This document shows, piece after piece, positions 9,338 through 20,700 of a DNA stretch of 64,000 bases. This stretch comes from an uncultured bacterium. Its GTDB lineage: Bacteria > Zhuqueibacterota > QNDG01 > DTFT01. The notes beneath the pieces are model-generated. The model ran no database searches and had not been told where the DNA came from. It saw nothing but the letters and a program-made list of their open reading frames with translations. The stretch lies in the NCBI GenBank assembly GCA_963736115.1, contig CAVTNR010000003.1, positions 98,798 to 162,797 on the forward strand, in the 5' to 3' direction. Position numbers and translations under genes: made by a program. Numbering within the stretch: the first letter of the stretch is position 1; each line of letters opens with the position of its first letter.

Positions 9338-12300
9338 TCAGACCGCCTGGCTCCGGATGAGTTTCTGCATGCGTTTGATCCGCTCCAGGATGTCCGACCG
9401 TTGGGGATTCCGCTTCAGAATTTCCCCCCACTGCCAGACGGCCCGCTTGTATTCCCCCCGGTTGGCGGAGATGACGCCGAGGTTCTCCAGAACGTTTAGG
9501 TTCTCCGGATTGAGCAGACGCACCCGCTCATAGGATTCAATCGCCTTTTCCAGCTGGCCGAGCCTGTACCAGGCGTCTCCGAGGCTCTGGTACGCTTCCC
9601 AGGAATCCGGCTTTTCGTCCAGGATGCGTTTGAACTCTTCAATGGCCTTGGCGTACAGGCCCTGTCTGTAGAACCATTTGCCCGAATCCATATGGCGGCG
9701 GCTGTTCATTTCACGGAGCATGGCCGTGATGCGGCTTTCGTCGCGCGATCCCCTGGCGGAAAGGGTCGTGTCGCTGTCAAAAGGCGAGGCGTCGATGCGT
9801 TCGAAGAGACCGCCGTCAAAGGCCTCGGCGGATTCCTCCGCGAATCCAGCGAATTCCGCGTCGAAGAGCTCTCCGCTGACGGATTCGGCGATCCGATCCT
9901 CGGCATCCGCCTGGTTCTCCACGGCTGAATCGGCGGTGACGGCCGGTGCGCCGTCTTCAGGGGATTTCCCGGCCGGCACGGCGACCGCTTCGGTTCCGGA
10001 ACCGGGACTTTCTTCCAGCCAGTCGAAAAGACCGCCGAGAAGACCGTCGTCCGTTTCCGGGGACGTTGTCCCGGGTTCGGCGGCTGCGGCTGATCCGCCG
10101 GCCGCGACGGACTCCGCCGGTCCGAGGGGCGCAACGCTTTCCGCGCCCGCTCCGGACGGGGACCCCGCTGCGGCGGCGCCCGTCTCCTGCCGGAGCAGGC
10201 TTTCCTCCGGGGCGGATGCGTCCGCTCCGGAAAGCGGCGGATGCGCGACTTCCTCCGGTTCCTTTTTGATCTGCGAAGCGCGTATGCTGATCGTGGGCGC
10301 GTCATCCAGCCGGCGCGGCCGGAGAAGCGGCGGCCTCTCGCGCCGTTTTCCGGTGTCGAGAATAATCTGTCCGTCCAACGTGAGGAACGGCGTGCCCGGC
10401 GGCTTGGTCCGCTTGCCCTTTTCGCCCCGCTCCGCAAACACCTGACGGCGGTCCCGCGTGTTGAGCCGGCTCTTCACCAGCTCGTCGTAGATCCGTTTCT
10501 CGTCGAGTACGGTGAGCCCGTAGCTTTCCGTTTTCAGCTCCTCGGCGATGCGCTTGGGGCCGAAATCCGGATGTTTCTTGATGATGTCGTGTATCTTGAC
10601 CTTGTCCTCGATGGCGATATGGTTTTCCTCGACGTCGGAGCGCACGGTCAGCTCGCGCAGGCCGTCATCGCCCATCTTGTCCCACCGCCGCCGGTACTTG
10701 TAATAGGTCGAGGTCGAGACGCCCACTTTCCGGCAGGCGTCGCGCGCGCTCATGCCCTCCTCCGTGACCAGCCGGATGAGTTTCGAGCGGAGGTTGAAGA
10801 GAACGTCTTCGGCCTTCATGTTCTCCTGAATGGCCACCAGCGTGATGTCGTCGCTCTGGGCTTCTCCGCCGGTGAATTCCTTGATTTCCTCCCGGATGCG
10901 GTCCACGAGCGGATCGACCTGCATTTGGCCGCCTTTCCGGATGACGGACAGGAAGCGCTCCTCCCCGAATTTATCACGCTGGGCGTTCATCGCCTCGGTC
11001 ACCCCGTCGGTGTAGGCGATGAGCACGTCGCCCTCCTTCAGGTGGATGGTGTCCGATTCGATTGATTTGCGGAACAGGGTCTTGTCCGGCAGGTTGAGCC
11101 CGATGGGGAAGCCCCGCGGGTTCAGGTAGAAGCTCTTGTTGGTCTGGGCGCGGTACAGGATCATGGGATTGTGCCCCGCGCTCGCGTAATTGATGGTGCG
11201 GTTGTGCGAGTCGAGAATCACGTAGAACACGGTCACGAACATGCCGCGCTTCATGTCGTTGATCACGAAGTCATTGACGCGGGCGAGCACGTCGGCGGCG
11301 TTCTTGTTGCCGCGGGCCTCGGTGCGGAGCGCCGTCCGTATCATGGTCATGATCAGAGAGCCGGGAACGCCCTTTCCGGAGACGTCCGCCACGACGATGC
11401 CCAGCGTGTCCTTGTCCACCTCGACGAAGTCGAAATAGTCCCCGCCCACCTCCCGCGCGGCTTCATAGTACGAGGCGATTTCATAACCCTCGATCTCCGG
11501 GAAGGAGGAGGGAAGCAGCGTGTGCTGGATTTCCTGGGCGACCTGCATTTCCTTCTGCAGGCGTTCCTGCTCCGCCAGGTTTACCTGGGATTTCCGGAAT
11601 TTTTCAGTGATTTCATTGAAGGCGTGGGCGATTTCGCCGATCTCGTCCGACTGGTCGAATTCGACCTCGTCCTGTATTTCACCGTGGCCGGCGGCGCTGA
11701 TCCACCGGGCCAGCCGCCGCAGGGGATTCGTGATGAGAAAGACCAGCGCGAAAATGCCGGCGGCGCCGACCAGCCAGATAATGAACAGCATCCGGAGTCC
11801 GTCCAGCAAGGCGGTACGGATCTTGTGGTCGGTGACAGCCTTGTCGAACTGGAGCCGGACGCTTCCGACCGGTATTCGCATCAGCGGCGGGACGACGGCC
11901 TCCTCGATCTCGTACGCGGTCCGGCCGTCGTCCGTCCGCGTGCGCGTGACGGACGTCGAAAGCCGCGCCTCGACCGGTCCGGGCCGGTGCGGCTCGAGTA
12001 TCCGTTCGGGCGTCACCGATCCCTGAACGATGCCGGTGGAATCGATGATGAGCGCCTCAAGCAGCCAGGGCGCATTAACCCGCTGGAATTCGGCTGCGAT
12101 CCGGGCGGTCTCGATGGTTTCGTCCCGGACCAGCGACTCCACGCACTGGTGCGCCAGCGTCCGGGCAAGAGTGCCGCCGAGGGCCAGGTCGGACCGGAGG
12201 ATGCGGGAGCGCTGGTTTGCGTTCGACACGAACCACACAGCCACGGCCAGCAGGGTCCACAGGATGCCGGCGTAGACGCCGTACTGCAATTTCATCGGAA

Positions 12301-12760
12301 GACCCATGCCCGGCAGCCGGAGCTGGCGCCGCGGAAAGTGAGGGAGGTTCTTGACGAGCTTGAGCTCGTTGCCCTCCACGGTCTTCCGGTAATCCACGCC
12401 GTCGACCACGCGCCGGATGATGAAAATGCCCAGCCCGCCCTTTTTGCCGATGTCCACGTACCGCTGAAGGTCCGGGTCCCGGACCTGGCGGAGATCGAAG
12501 GTGTGTCCCTGGTCGATCAGGGAGACGGTCACATCCCGGTTGCGGATGATCATGCGGAGCGTGACGAATCCGTCCCAGTCCCGGTAGGCGTGCCGGATGA
12601 TGTTCGTCCCGCCCTCGTCGATCGCCAGCTTGAAGGAGTTGAGAATCCTCTCCGGAACGCCGTACTTGCGGCCGACATGTGTGACGAAATTCCGCATTTC
12701 CCCGAGGTATTTGACGTCCGCGGGGACCTTGCATTCTTCTTTGATGACTTTTCGGAACAT
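9338..12760 (-). CDS. Membrane multidomain partner-switching protein: RsbW-type HATPase, 2 TM with periplasmic domain, HAMP, SpoIIE/RsbU PP2C phosphatase, HTH, acidic linker, TPR
   Basis: Kinase boxes 'LAIDEGGTNIIRHAY', 'IDQG', 'GGLGIFII'; HAMP 'PLRRL..DEIGEIAHAFN'; PP2C 'VGGDYFD', 'VADVSGKG', 'SAGH', 'YTDGVTEA', 'SDDITL'; C-terminal TPR pattern. Confidence 0.88.
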   Translation of the reverse strand: MFRKVIKEECKVPADVKYLGEMRNFVTHVGRKYGVPERILNSFKLAIDEGGTNIIRHAYRDWDGFVTLRMIIRNRDVTVSLIDQGHTFDLRQVRDPDLQRYVDIGKKGGLGIFIIRRVVDGVDYRKTVEGNELKLVKNLPHFPRRQLRLPGMGLPMKLQYGVYAGILWTLLAVAVWFVSNANQRSRILRSDLALGGTLARTLAHQCVESLVRDETIETARIAAEFQRVNAPWLLEALIIDSTGIVQGSVTPERILEPHRPGPVEARLSTSVTRTRTDDGRTAYEIEEAVVPPLMRIPVGSVRLQFDKAVTDHKIRTALLDGLRMLFIIWLVGAAGIFALVFLITNPLRRLARWISAAGHGEIQDEVEFDQSDEIGEIAHAFNEITEKFRKSQVNLAEQERLQKEMQVAQEIQHTLLPSSFPEIEGYEIASYYEAAREVGGDYFDFVEVDKDTLGIVVADVSGKGVPGSLIMTMIRTALRTEARGNKNAADVLARVNDFVINDMKRGMFVTVFYVILDSHNRTINYASAGHNPMILYRAQTNKSFYLNPRGFPIGLNLPDKTLFRKSIESDTIHLKEGDVLIAYTDGVTEAMNAQRDKFGEERFLSVIRKGGQMQVDPLVDRIREEIKEFTGGEAQSDDITLVAIQENMKAEDVLFNLRSKLIRLVTEEGMSARDACRKVGVSTSTYYKYRRRWDKMGDDGLRELTVRSDVEENHIAIEDKVKIHDIIKKHPDFGPKRIAEELKTESYGLTVLDEKRIYDELVKSRLNTRDRRQVFAERGEKGKRTKPPGTPFLTLDGQIILDTGKRRERPPLLRPRRLDDAPTISIRASQIKKEPEEVAHPPLSGADASAPEESLLRQETGAAAAGSPSGAGAESVAPLGPAESVAAGGSAAAAEPGTTSPETDDGLLGGLFDWLEESPGSGTEAVAVPAGKSPEDGAPAVTADSAVENQADAEDRIAESVSGELFDAEFAGFAEESAEAFDGGLFERIDASPFDSDTTLSARGSRDESRITAMLREMNSRRHMDSGKWFYRQGLYAKAIEEFKRILDEKPDSWEAYQSLGDAWYRLGQLEKAIESYERVRLLNPENLNVLENLGVISANRGEYKRAVWQWGEILKRNPQRSDILERIKRMQKLIRSQAV

Positions 12761-12778
12761 GGATGAGCCTTCCGGTCT

Positions 12779-14755
12779 TTACTTGTTGTTCTGGAAGGTC
12801 TGGAGGCGGGCGCGCGCGCCCTGGATGGCCTCGATGATTTTCACGTTGTTGGGCTCGATGACCAGAGCCTCTTCCCAGATCCGCAGGGCGCCCGCATAAT
12901 CGCCGTCCTGGTAGGCGCGCAGGCCCTGGGAGTACCGGTCCTTTGCGTCGCGCCGCATCTCCCTGGGCGCGCCCTGGGACCGGGCGAGCGCGTTCCGGTA
13001 CAGCTCGCGCGCCTTCTGGTTCGCGGGTTCGAGTTCCGTGGCGCGCCGGAGGAAGTCGGCCGCGCCCGCGTAATCCTGCTTCTCGAAACGTTCGACCCCG
13101 GCCTGATAGGCGTTGAGGAAGCCGAATTTCTCGTCCAGGTTCTTCATCTCTTCGGACACCAGGGCGTTCAAACGGGGGGAATCGCCGGCCGTTTCGCGGG
13201 CCTGGTTCAGCACCTGGTAGGCTTCGGCGGCTTTTTCCTCCCGCACCAGCTGGCGGGCGCGGCCGATGCGGCGCTGGACCTCGCTCTCCTGGGCGCCGGC
13301 TGTGCGGCTGATGTAGCTCCGGATCTGTTCATTTTCCGGATCCCTCTCGAGCGCCTGGTTCCAGCGCCCGATGGCCTTCGAGTAGGCGCCCTTGTCGAGG
13401 AACGCCAGCCCTTCCTGGAAGCACTGACTGACGAAGGCGAGGTCTTTCTGGCGGGACTCGTTCTCCCGCGTTTCCTGCAGCAGCTGGTCTTCGCGCGCCA
13501 ACTGGGAGGCGGTTTCGAGCCGGTTGGTCTCCTCGAGCAGGCGTTTGGCTTCCGCGTGGCCGGGGTCGTCCCTCAGGACGGAGCCGAATTCGAGCCGCGC
13601 GTTGATGTAATCCGCGGACGCCAGGTGGCGTTTGCCCGCCGCCAGCGCGTCGGTGACGCGCTTACCGAGCGCCTCCCCCATCTCCTGTTCGACCCGGCGC
13701 CGCGTCTCCGCTTGGCGACGGACTTCGATGAGCCGCCTCTGTTCCGGAATGGATTTGCCGAGGAACAGGATGAGCGAAAAACGGTGGCTGCGCGGAAAGA
13801 ACGACGGATCACCGAGACGGCCGGTGGCATAGTCGATCTGGAAGAACCGGAGCGACAGTCCCGCGCCGAACGTCGGTTCGCCGTCGTCGAATCCCGCGCG
13901 CAGAAACAGGGCGTTCGCGATCGCGTACTCGGCCCCGGCGTGGATCCGGGTTTTCCGGTTCCGGCCCTGTTCGGCATCCGCCAGAATGAGAAAACGGTCC
14001 ATTCCGCCGCGCAAGAAAAGTGTTTTCGCGATTCCCGCGCGCAGTGTCGAGGGCAGGGTTTCGTATTCGCCCCCCAGCCGGAGCCGGGCGGGCAGCGCGT
14101 TGGACATTGAGGCGCCGAGATAGACATTGTGGAGGGGTGAACCTTCCCACCGGATGCGGGTGTGGACGCCGGCGTCCATTCCGAATCCCGTCGCGGACAC
14201 GTTCCCCATGACCTGCCGGTGGGTCACGAAATTGGTGCCGATGGAAATGCCGCGGAAGAGCGTCATGCCGTACCCGAGCGTCAGTTTTCCCTGCCAGTAG
14301 CCGATTTCCCCCATATCCACGGGGACCGTTCCGGCTGCGGCGCCGATCTCCGCGATCCGGCGGATTCCTTCTACGCCGATGCGGGACACGCCGATCCCGA
14401 AAGTGCCGGCGGAAAGCGTCGGATGGATGTAATGGACGGCCTGATACTGGACATCCTCGAAAAGTTCGGTGTGCGACAGAAGCAGACCACGCTGCTGCAC
14501 GACGACCATGCCCGCGGGATTCCAGAGGGGGGCGGACGGGTCCTGCGGGAACGCGACGGCCGCGTTCCCCAAACCCAGAGCCCGGGCATCCGCGCCGATG
14601 CGGAACGGATCCTCGATCCCCGCCCCGCCGTCACCGGCTGACAGACTCCCGGCGCAGGCCGCAAAGCAGACCATCCGGGCGATTCCAAGCCGGGTCCGCC
14701 GGCCGACCCCTGCGGGCCCGGTGACGATTCCCCTGTGGCGATTTGGTTTTCTCAT
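12779..14755 (-). CDS. PorV/PorQ (UPF0164)-like beta-barrel protein fused to C-terminal TPR repeats
   Basis: 'GADARALGLGNAAVA..WNPAGM' PorV-family N-motif; barrel strands ending 'SHRFSLILFLG'; about 300 aa of TPR-like helices ('AIGRWNQALERDPEN', 'IWEEALVIEPNN'). Confidence 0.8.
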   Translation of the reverse strand: MRKPNRHRGIVTGPAGVGRRTRLGIARMVCFAACAGSLSAGDGGAGIEDPFRIGADARALGLGNAAVAFPQDPSAPLWNPAGMVVVQQRGLLLSHTELFEDVQYQAVHYIHPTLSAGTFGIGVSRIGVEGIRRIAEIGAAAGTVPVDMGEIGYWQGKLTLGYGMTLFRGISIGTNFVTHRQVMGNVSATGFGMDAGVHTRIRWEGSPLHNVYLGASMSNALPARLRLGGEYETLPSTLRAGIAKTLFLRGGMDRFLILADAEQGRNRKTRIHAGAEYAIANALFLRAGFDDGEPTFGAGLSLRFFQIDYATGRLGDPSFFPRSHRFSLILFLGKSIPEQRRLIEVRRQAETRRRVEQEMGEALGKRVTDALAAGKRHLASADYINARLEFGSVLRDDPGHAEAKRLLEETNRLETASQLAREDQLLQETRENESRQKDLAFVSQCFQEGLAFLDKGAYSKAIGRWNQALERDPENEQIRSYISRTAGAQESEVQRRIGRARQLVREEKAAEAYQVLNQARETAGDSPRLNALVSEEMKNLDEKFGFLNAYQAGVERFEKQDYAGAADFLRRATELEPANQKARELYRNALARSQGAPREMRRDAKDRYSQGLRAYQDGDYAGALRIWEEALVIEPNNVKIIEAIQGARARLQTFQNNK

Positions 14756-17700
14756 CTATTTCATGACCGCAATTTTGGTTTTCCGGATTTGTCCGTCGGC
14801 CGGTTTCATGAAAAGGAAATACACCCCGTTCAGGACGGCTCGCGACCGGTCGTTCCGGCCGTCCCACAGCAGAGTGTGCAGTCCGGCCGAGGCGCGGTCG
14901 TCCGAGGCGTCGAAAGAAACGGACCAGACCGGTTCGCCCGTGAGCGTGAAAAGGCGGAAGGAGACAGTCGTTCTTTTTTCCAGATAGTAATGAATGGCCG
15001 TGGGGCCGTCCGACGGACTGAATGGATTCGGGCTGTTCCACAGGGCCAGCTCCGTTTCCGGCTCGAATATCTTTTTCGGGTCCGAGCGCAGGGATGTCCA
15101 GTCCTCTCCGGCGGGGGTCTTGACCGCGACGCTGTTGCCGGAGTTGGGTTCCCGGGCGTCAACGAAATCCCCGCTCGGGATGTTGAGCTGGAAGTATCCG
15201 GTTTCAGGCGCGTCGGAAATGCGGCCGAGCACGGCGATGGACACGCTTTCGCCCACGGCAATGCTCGGACGTTTGCTCAGGGACAGAAGGATCGGATTCT
15301 CGCTGATCACCGATGTGGACCCGAAAATGTCCGTGCTATCGGCGTTTGAAACCGCGGTCAGCCTGGAGATCACCGAAGCCGGGGGAATCGGATCGCCGAA
15401 CCGGTCTTCGAACTGGAATCTCAAACCTTCGATCGCGATGCGGCCGCTGCCTTCCATGCCGCGGTTGGTCGCGGTGACCACCAGCAGCTTGACCCCGTCC
15501 TGGCCCGGCATGATGGTGCTGAGACTCCAGGCGGGCAGGGGATTGGCTTCAATCGAGAGCCAGGCGCCGGCCATGCTCACGGCCACGGCGTCATTGGGGC
15601 GGCTCACATAAGCCGGGCGGCCCGTGTTCTCGTCCGCCGGTATGACGGAGAGCCGGAAACGGATGGTCACCGCCTCGACCGACTGCCGGGACGGCGCCTT
15701 GACGGTCCATGCGGCAGTTCCCCCCGCAACGGCGCGCGTAAGCGGATCGAGCGTCGTGTATCCTTCGGGCAGGGTCTCCAGGGTCACGGCGGTTAAGCCC
15801 GTGGTGTCGGCCTCGCCGATATTTTCGAGCCGGGTGGTGATCACGAATTCCTGACCGACCGCGACGGTCCCGGTCTGAGCGACATCGGCCGGCGCGGTGA
15901 TGGCGGCGCTCATGGAGAGGTCGGCGCGGCGGACCGTGGCGATGGAGAAGGCCGCCCAGAAATCGGGAACGGGCACGTCCTGCTGAAGCGAATCCATGCC
16001 CTGCACCCGGACCCGTATGTCCGCTTTCGGCGACGCGGCCGGGGGCGCCTCGACCCGCCAGGACAGTGACCAGGACGTGAGGTTTTTCACGATAGCGTCC
16101 GAGGTGGTGTATCCGGCCGGAAGCTGCAGGGTCGCGGTGATGTCCCGTGCGTTGGAATGAAATATCTGCGTGGTCACGATAAAGGACTGGCTCGCGGATA
16201 CGATTCCGTCCGAGGCGCCGGATGGTTCCGTGACCGCCAGAAGCGCCGAGAGATTGCTGGGCACGGTGATCACGCGGATGCGCGCCTGACTCTGCTCGAC
16301 ATCCGCGGTCGCGCCGGCATTGAAGTCGTTCGGAATCCGGAACAGTTCAGCGGCTACCCATTCGGTGTCCGGCGCGGAGACCGGCGACCGGACGCTCCAT
16401 TCCGCCGGGAATCCCGGCGCGATGCCGGCCGTGTCGCTTTCGGATATTCTTTCGAACCGGTCCGCCAGCACCAGGCGGACGCCCGCGATGCCGTCCGTCC
16501 GTCCGGAGCCGAAATTCATGAGTTCGGCCCGTACGGTGAAAGTCTGGCCGGCGGACACGCGGCCGTCCGGCGTGCTCAGGCCGAGCGAGAGGGAGAGCCG
16601 GACCGGCGTCTGCACCGTCACCTGGGCCGTGGAGTCCAGAGCCGCGCCCACGGGCACGGCCTGGCGGGGCGACCCGATGAATGCCTGAAGGATATCGGCG
16701 CGGAATGTTTCGGCCGCGTTTTCAGCAGCCGGCGCCTTCACGGCGAAGACGGCCGTGTCCCACTGTGCGGGCGTCAGCCGGCTGATGGAAACCGGGGAGG
16801 CCTCGATCGCGGAACCGCCGTCCGTTGTCAGGCCGACGCGGATGTCCTCGACGTTCAGGCCGAGTCCGTTTTCCAGGATCACCAGCACCTCGAAATCCTG
16901 CCCCGTATTGACCGTCGCGTTGCCCGCGTCGTCCGCGGCCGCGGAACGGACGCGGGTGGAGATGATGCGGAAAGACTGGTCGGACCGTACGAACACCGAA
17001 GTTTCCTCTCCGGCGTTCAGGACCGCGCGCGAGTTCCGATCCCGGCCGGTCACCGCCGCCTCTACGCCCGCGATGCCGCCGAGGCTTCCGGTGGAGGTGA
17101 CGGTATAGACCAGGGCGTCGGTCCTTCCGCCGGCCAGGATGAGGCCTCCCTGCGAGAGCGCGGCCGGCGGCGTGACGCTGTAATCCGACTGTTTCAGGCC
17201 GTTGATGCGGAATGTCAGATCCGAGGCCTTCGGCGGGTCGAACTGAATCGGCGCCTGCCCCTGGTTCCGTACCGCCACCTCAACCGTCCAGGGCTCCTTC
17301 TGACCGCCGATGAGTCTGTCCGAAGAGGCGGCGACCCTGGATATGCGCAGGATTGCCGGATTCTGGATGACCACGACGGACGTCGCCGTGACCTCGGGCA
17401 CCAGATCCTTGGTGTTGTCCCTGAAACCGTCCGCATAGAGGGTGAAGGTCTCCCCCGTGCTCGGCGATGCGGCGGCCTGGAAGCTGAAATCCACCCAGAC
17501 CAGCCCGCCGCCGGGCAGCCAGTCCACGGTTTGCACGGATGCGGATGTGAACATCGACAGGCCGTCGGTGTTCATGATGAGCTGGAGGTTGCGGAGGCCG
17601 TCCCCGCCGGTGTTCTGCAGGTATACCCGGAGCGTGTCCTCGGCGTAGACATTGACATAGGGGCGGTTCGGTGCCAGGTTGTCGATGCGGAGAATGCTCA

Positions 17701-20700
17701 GGCTGGCCGGCGTTTCCATGAGAATGGAGGCTTTGACGCCGTAGGTCGTGTCGGATTTGCACGTCCGGCCGGTGTTGATTTCCCTTCCGGTCACCAGGGA
17801 CGTGATCTGACAGATTCCGGTAGGGTTCGATGCGGAACGTTCGACGATGTAGCGGAGGCTGTCCGACGCGCCGCCCGGCAGGATCCAGCCGCCCCGGCCG
17901 AGTTCCTGCAGGCCCGACAGATCCCATCCGGATCCCGCGGAAAAGAGGAGAAAGGTGACCGAACGGCTCGTGTCGATCCGGACGGCGCTTCCTCCGGCAT
18001 TGGTCAGCCGGACCGAAACGGTCCAGGCGATGTCCTGACCCAGCGTGACCTCGGGCTGTGAGACGCGGATCGCGTCGATGCGCAGGCGGGCGGAATCCTG
18101 GACCGCGATGCCGGTGAAACCCTGATCGCTGACCACGCCCCCGGTGCCGCCGTCGGTGAAGAACGCAACAGCCTCGACCGTGACGTCGCCCGGGGACCGG
18201 CCGGTGCGGTCCACCCGGACGGAGAGCGTATCCTCGCCGTTCCCGGCCAGAACCGCGGTTCCGCTGCGGCGGAGGACGGCCGGAAGCACGAGCTGAAAGT
18301 CATTCTGGCGCACGCCGGCGATCCGGAACCGCACCCACAGGCTGTCGAACCGGGCGCTGCTGCTGGCCAGGTTGCGGACGGCCACGTTCAGGGTCCAGTC
18401 CTGCGTCTGACCCGCGGTCACTTCCGCGGCTGAAGCGGTACATGCGGTGATGCGGATGCCCGGGGGCGCATTGACGTCGAAGACGTTGGACGCGCCGGTT
18501 TCCGAACCGCCCGTCCGGACCACGCTGATGCGGTTGCCGGCCCGCGGTAAACCGATGGTGACGCCGCCGGACCACTGGCCCGCGGTAAAGGACCCGCTGC
18601 GGACCGGGCTGATGGAGCCGCTCAGGTCGGAAATGTCCGCGGTTCCGGTGAACGAGGTGGCCTGGCTGCCGAAACGGTCCGCTGCGATCACGATGACGGT
18701 GAAGGGCACCTTGGCGACCTGACTGCCGACCGTGGCGATCAAGAAATGATCGACGGGCCCCGGAAGCACATTGAAGAAGTTGGAGATGCCCGAATGTCCG
18801 GCGCCGTCCGAGGCCGTCACGGTTACGTCCTGGCCCGCGCGCAGAATCATGACGGATTCCGTGCGGACGCCTGCGACGAAGGCGCCGCTGACGGCCGGTG
18901 AAATCGTAGCCGCGCCGTCGGCAAGCGCGACGGTTCCAGTGAAGCCGGTGGCCGTGTTGCCGTACGCGTCGAGCGCGGTGACCGTGACGGGAAAGGCGAT
19001 GCCCGCGGCCTTGGGGCTTCCGATCAGCCCGATCGTAAAGGAGGCCACGCCCGCGGGCCTGACCGTGAATTCATTGGATGTGCCGCTCTTGCCGCCGCCG
19101 GTCACGGTCAGCGAGTTGCCCGTGTAGCTGCGGGTGATGGTCACGCTGCCGTTCCACAGGCCGGACGCGAATGTGATCGACGCGGGCGCGCCGGTTCCGG
19201 TTTCGTCGGCCAGGGCCGCCGTGCCGGCGTACGAGGTGACGGGATTGCCGTTGGAGTCGACCGCGCGGATGACCACGGCGAACGCGACGCCCGCGGTGCG
19301 GTTGTCCGGCACCGGATCGATGACGAAATGATCCACGGTGCTCGCGATCACGGCAAACGGATTGGAGAGGCCGGTCTGGACTCCGCCGGTCCGAGTGAAG
19401 GTCAGCCGGTCCGACGTCTGGGTCTGCGCAATGGTCAGATTGCCGGTCCACACGCCGTTGGTGAAAGCGCCGCTGACCGTGGGCGATACGGTTCCGGCGC
19501 CGGAATGAGTCACGGAAACCGTGTTCCCCGCTCCGCTGAAGGAGGTCACGGTGTTGTTGTTCGCGTCCTGCGCGGTCACCGTGACGCTGAAGGGCATGCC
19601 GGCCGCAGGATCGGCGATGGTTCCCACGGCGAAATGGTCCAGCGAGCCGTGGGTCACGTTGAAATAATTGGAGACGCCCGTGTGCGAGCCGGCGTCCGCG
19701 GCCGTGATGCGCACGTCGTTGCGGGCCTGGGTGATGGTCAGGGTCTGGGTCCGGACGCCCGCGGCGAACGCGCCGGTAACGGAGGGCGAAACTGAAACCG
19801 ATCCGCCGTTCAGGTTCACGGTCGCCGTGAACCCGGTTGCGGTGTTGCCGTAAGCGTCCAGGGCGGTGAAGGTCACGGAAAAACCGGTGCCTGCCGTCCT
19901 CGGGCTGGGGATGTCGGACAGCCTGAATGAGGCCACCGCGGCCGGGACGACCGTGAAGGTTCCGGATGTGCCGCTCTTGCCGGCTCCGGTCACGGTGAGA
20001 AAATCGCCGGTGAGGGATTTCGTGATGGTGACCGCGCCGGTCCAGATGCCGGACGCGAACGTGACCTGCTGGGGCGTGATCGTTCCGGACTCGTCCTTGA
20101 GATTGACCGTGCCGTTGAAAGCGGTCACGGTGTTCCCGCTCGCGTCCACGGCCCGCACGGTCACCGAGAACGGAGCCCCGGCCGTCTGGGAGGGAGAGAC
20201 GGAAGAAAAAACGAAGTGATCCACGGCGCTGGCCGTGATGTTGAACGGATTCGACGTGGCCGCGTGGCCCGAACCGTCGTCCGCCATGAGATAGAGGCCG
20301 GACTGCGTCTGGGAAATGGTCACCGGGCCGGTCCAGGAGCCGCTGTAGAAATTGCCGCTCTGGGCCGGAGTCAGGACGCCCGAACCGGTGTAACTCAGGT
20401 TGACGCGGCGCCCGAGTCCGGTGAACGCGGTGACGATATTTTCAAAAGCGTCGAACGCGGTGATGGTGACCGTGAAAGGCATACCGGCCGCTCCGTCCGC
20501 GACCGGCGAAAAGCCGAAATGATCGAGGCCGGCCGCGTCCACGTTGAAATATCCGGATAGACCGGTGCGGCCCGAACCGGCGGCCGTGACCTGAATGTCC
20601 TGGCCGGTGGTCAGGATGGAGACGTTGCCGGACCACGCTCCGGCCGTGAATGCCGGCGTGACCGCGGTGCCGGTGGTCTGGATTTCGAGGGAAGCTGTTT

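Noticed and set aside
10440-10800. Possible IS481 insertion or pseudogene inside the phosphatase gene
   Set aside because: In frame, with no DDE domain, terminal repeats or target duplication visible, and a related segment exists in the neighbouring gene; treated as a domesticated domain.
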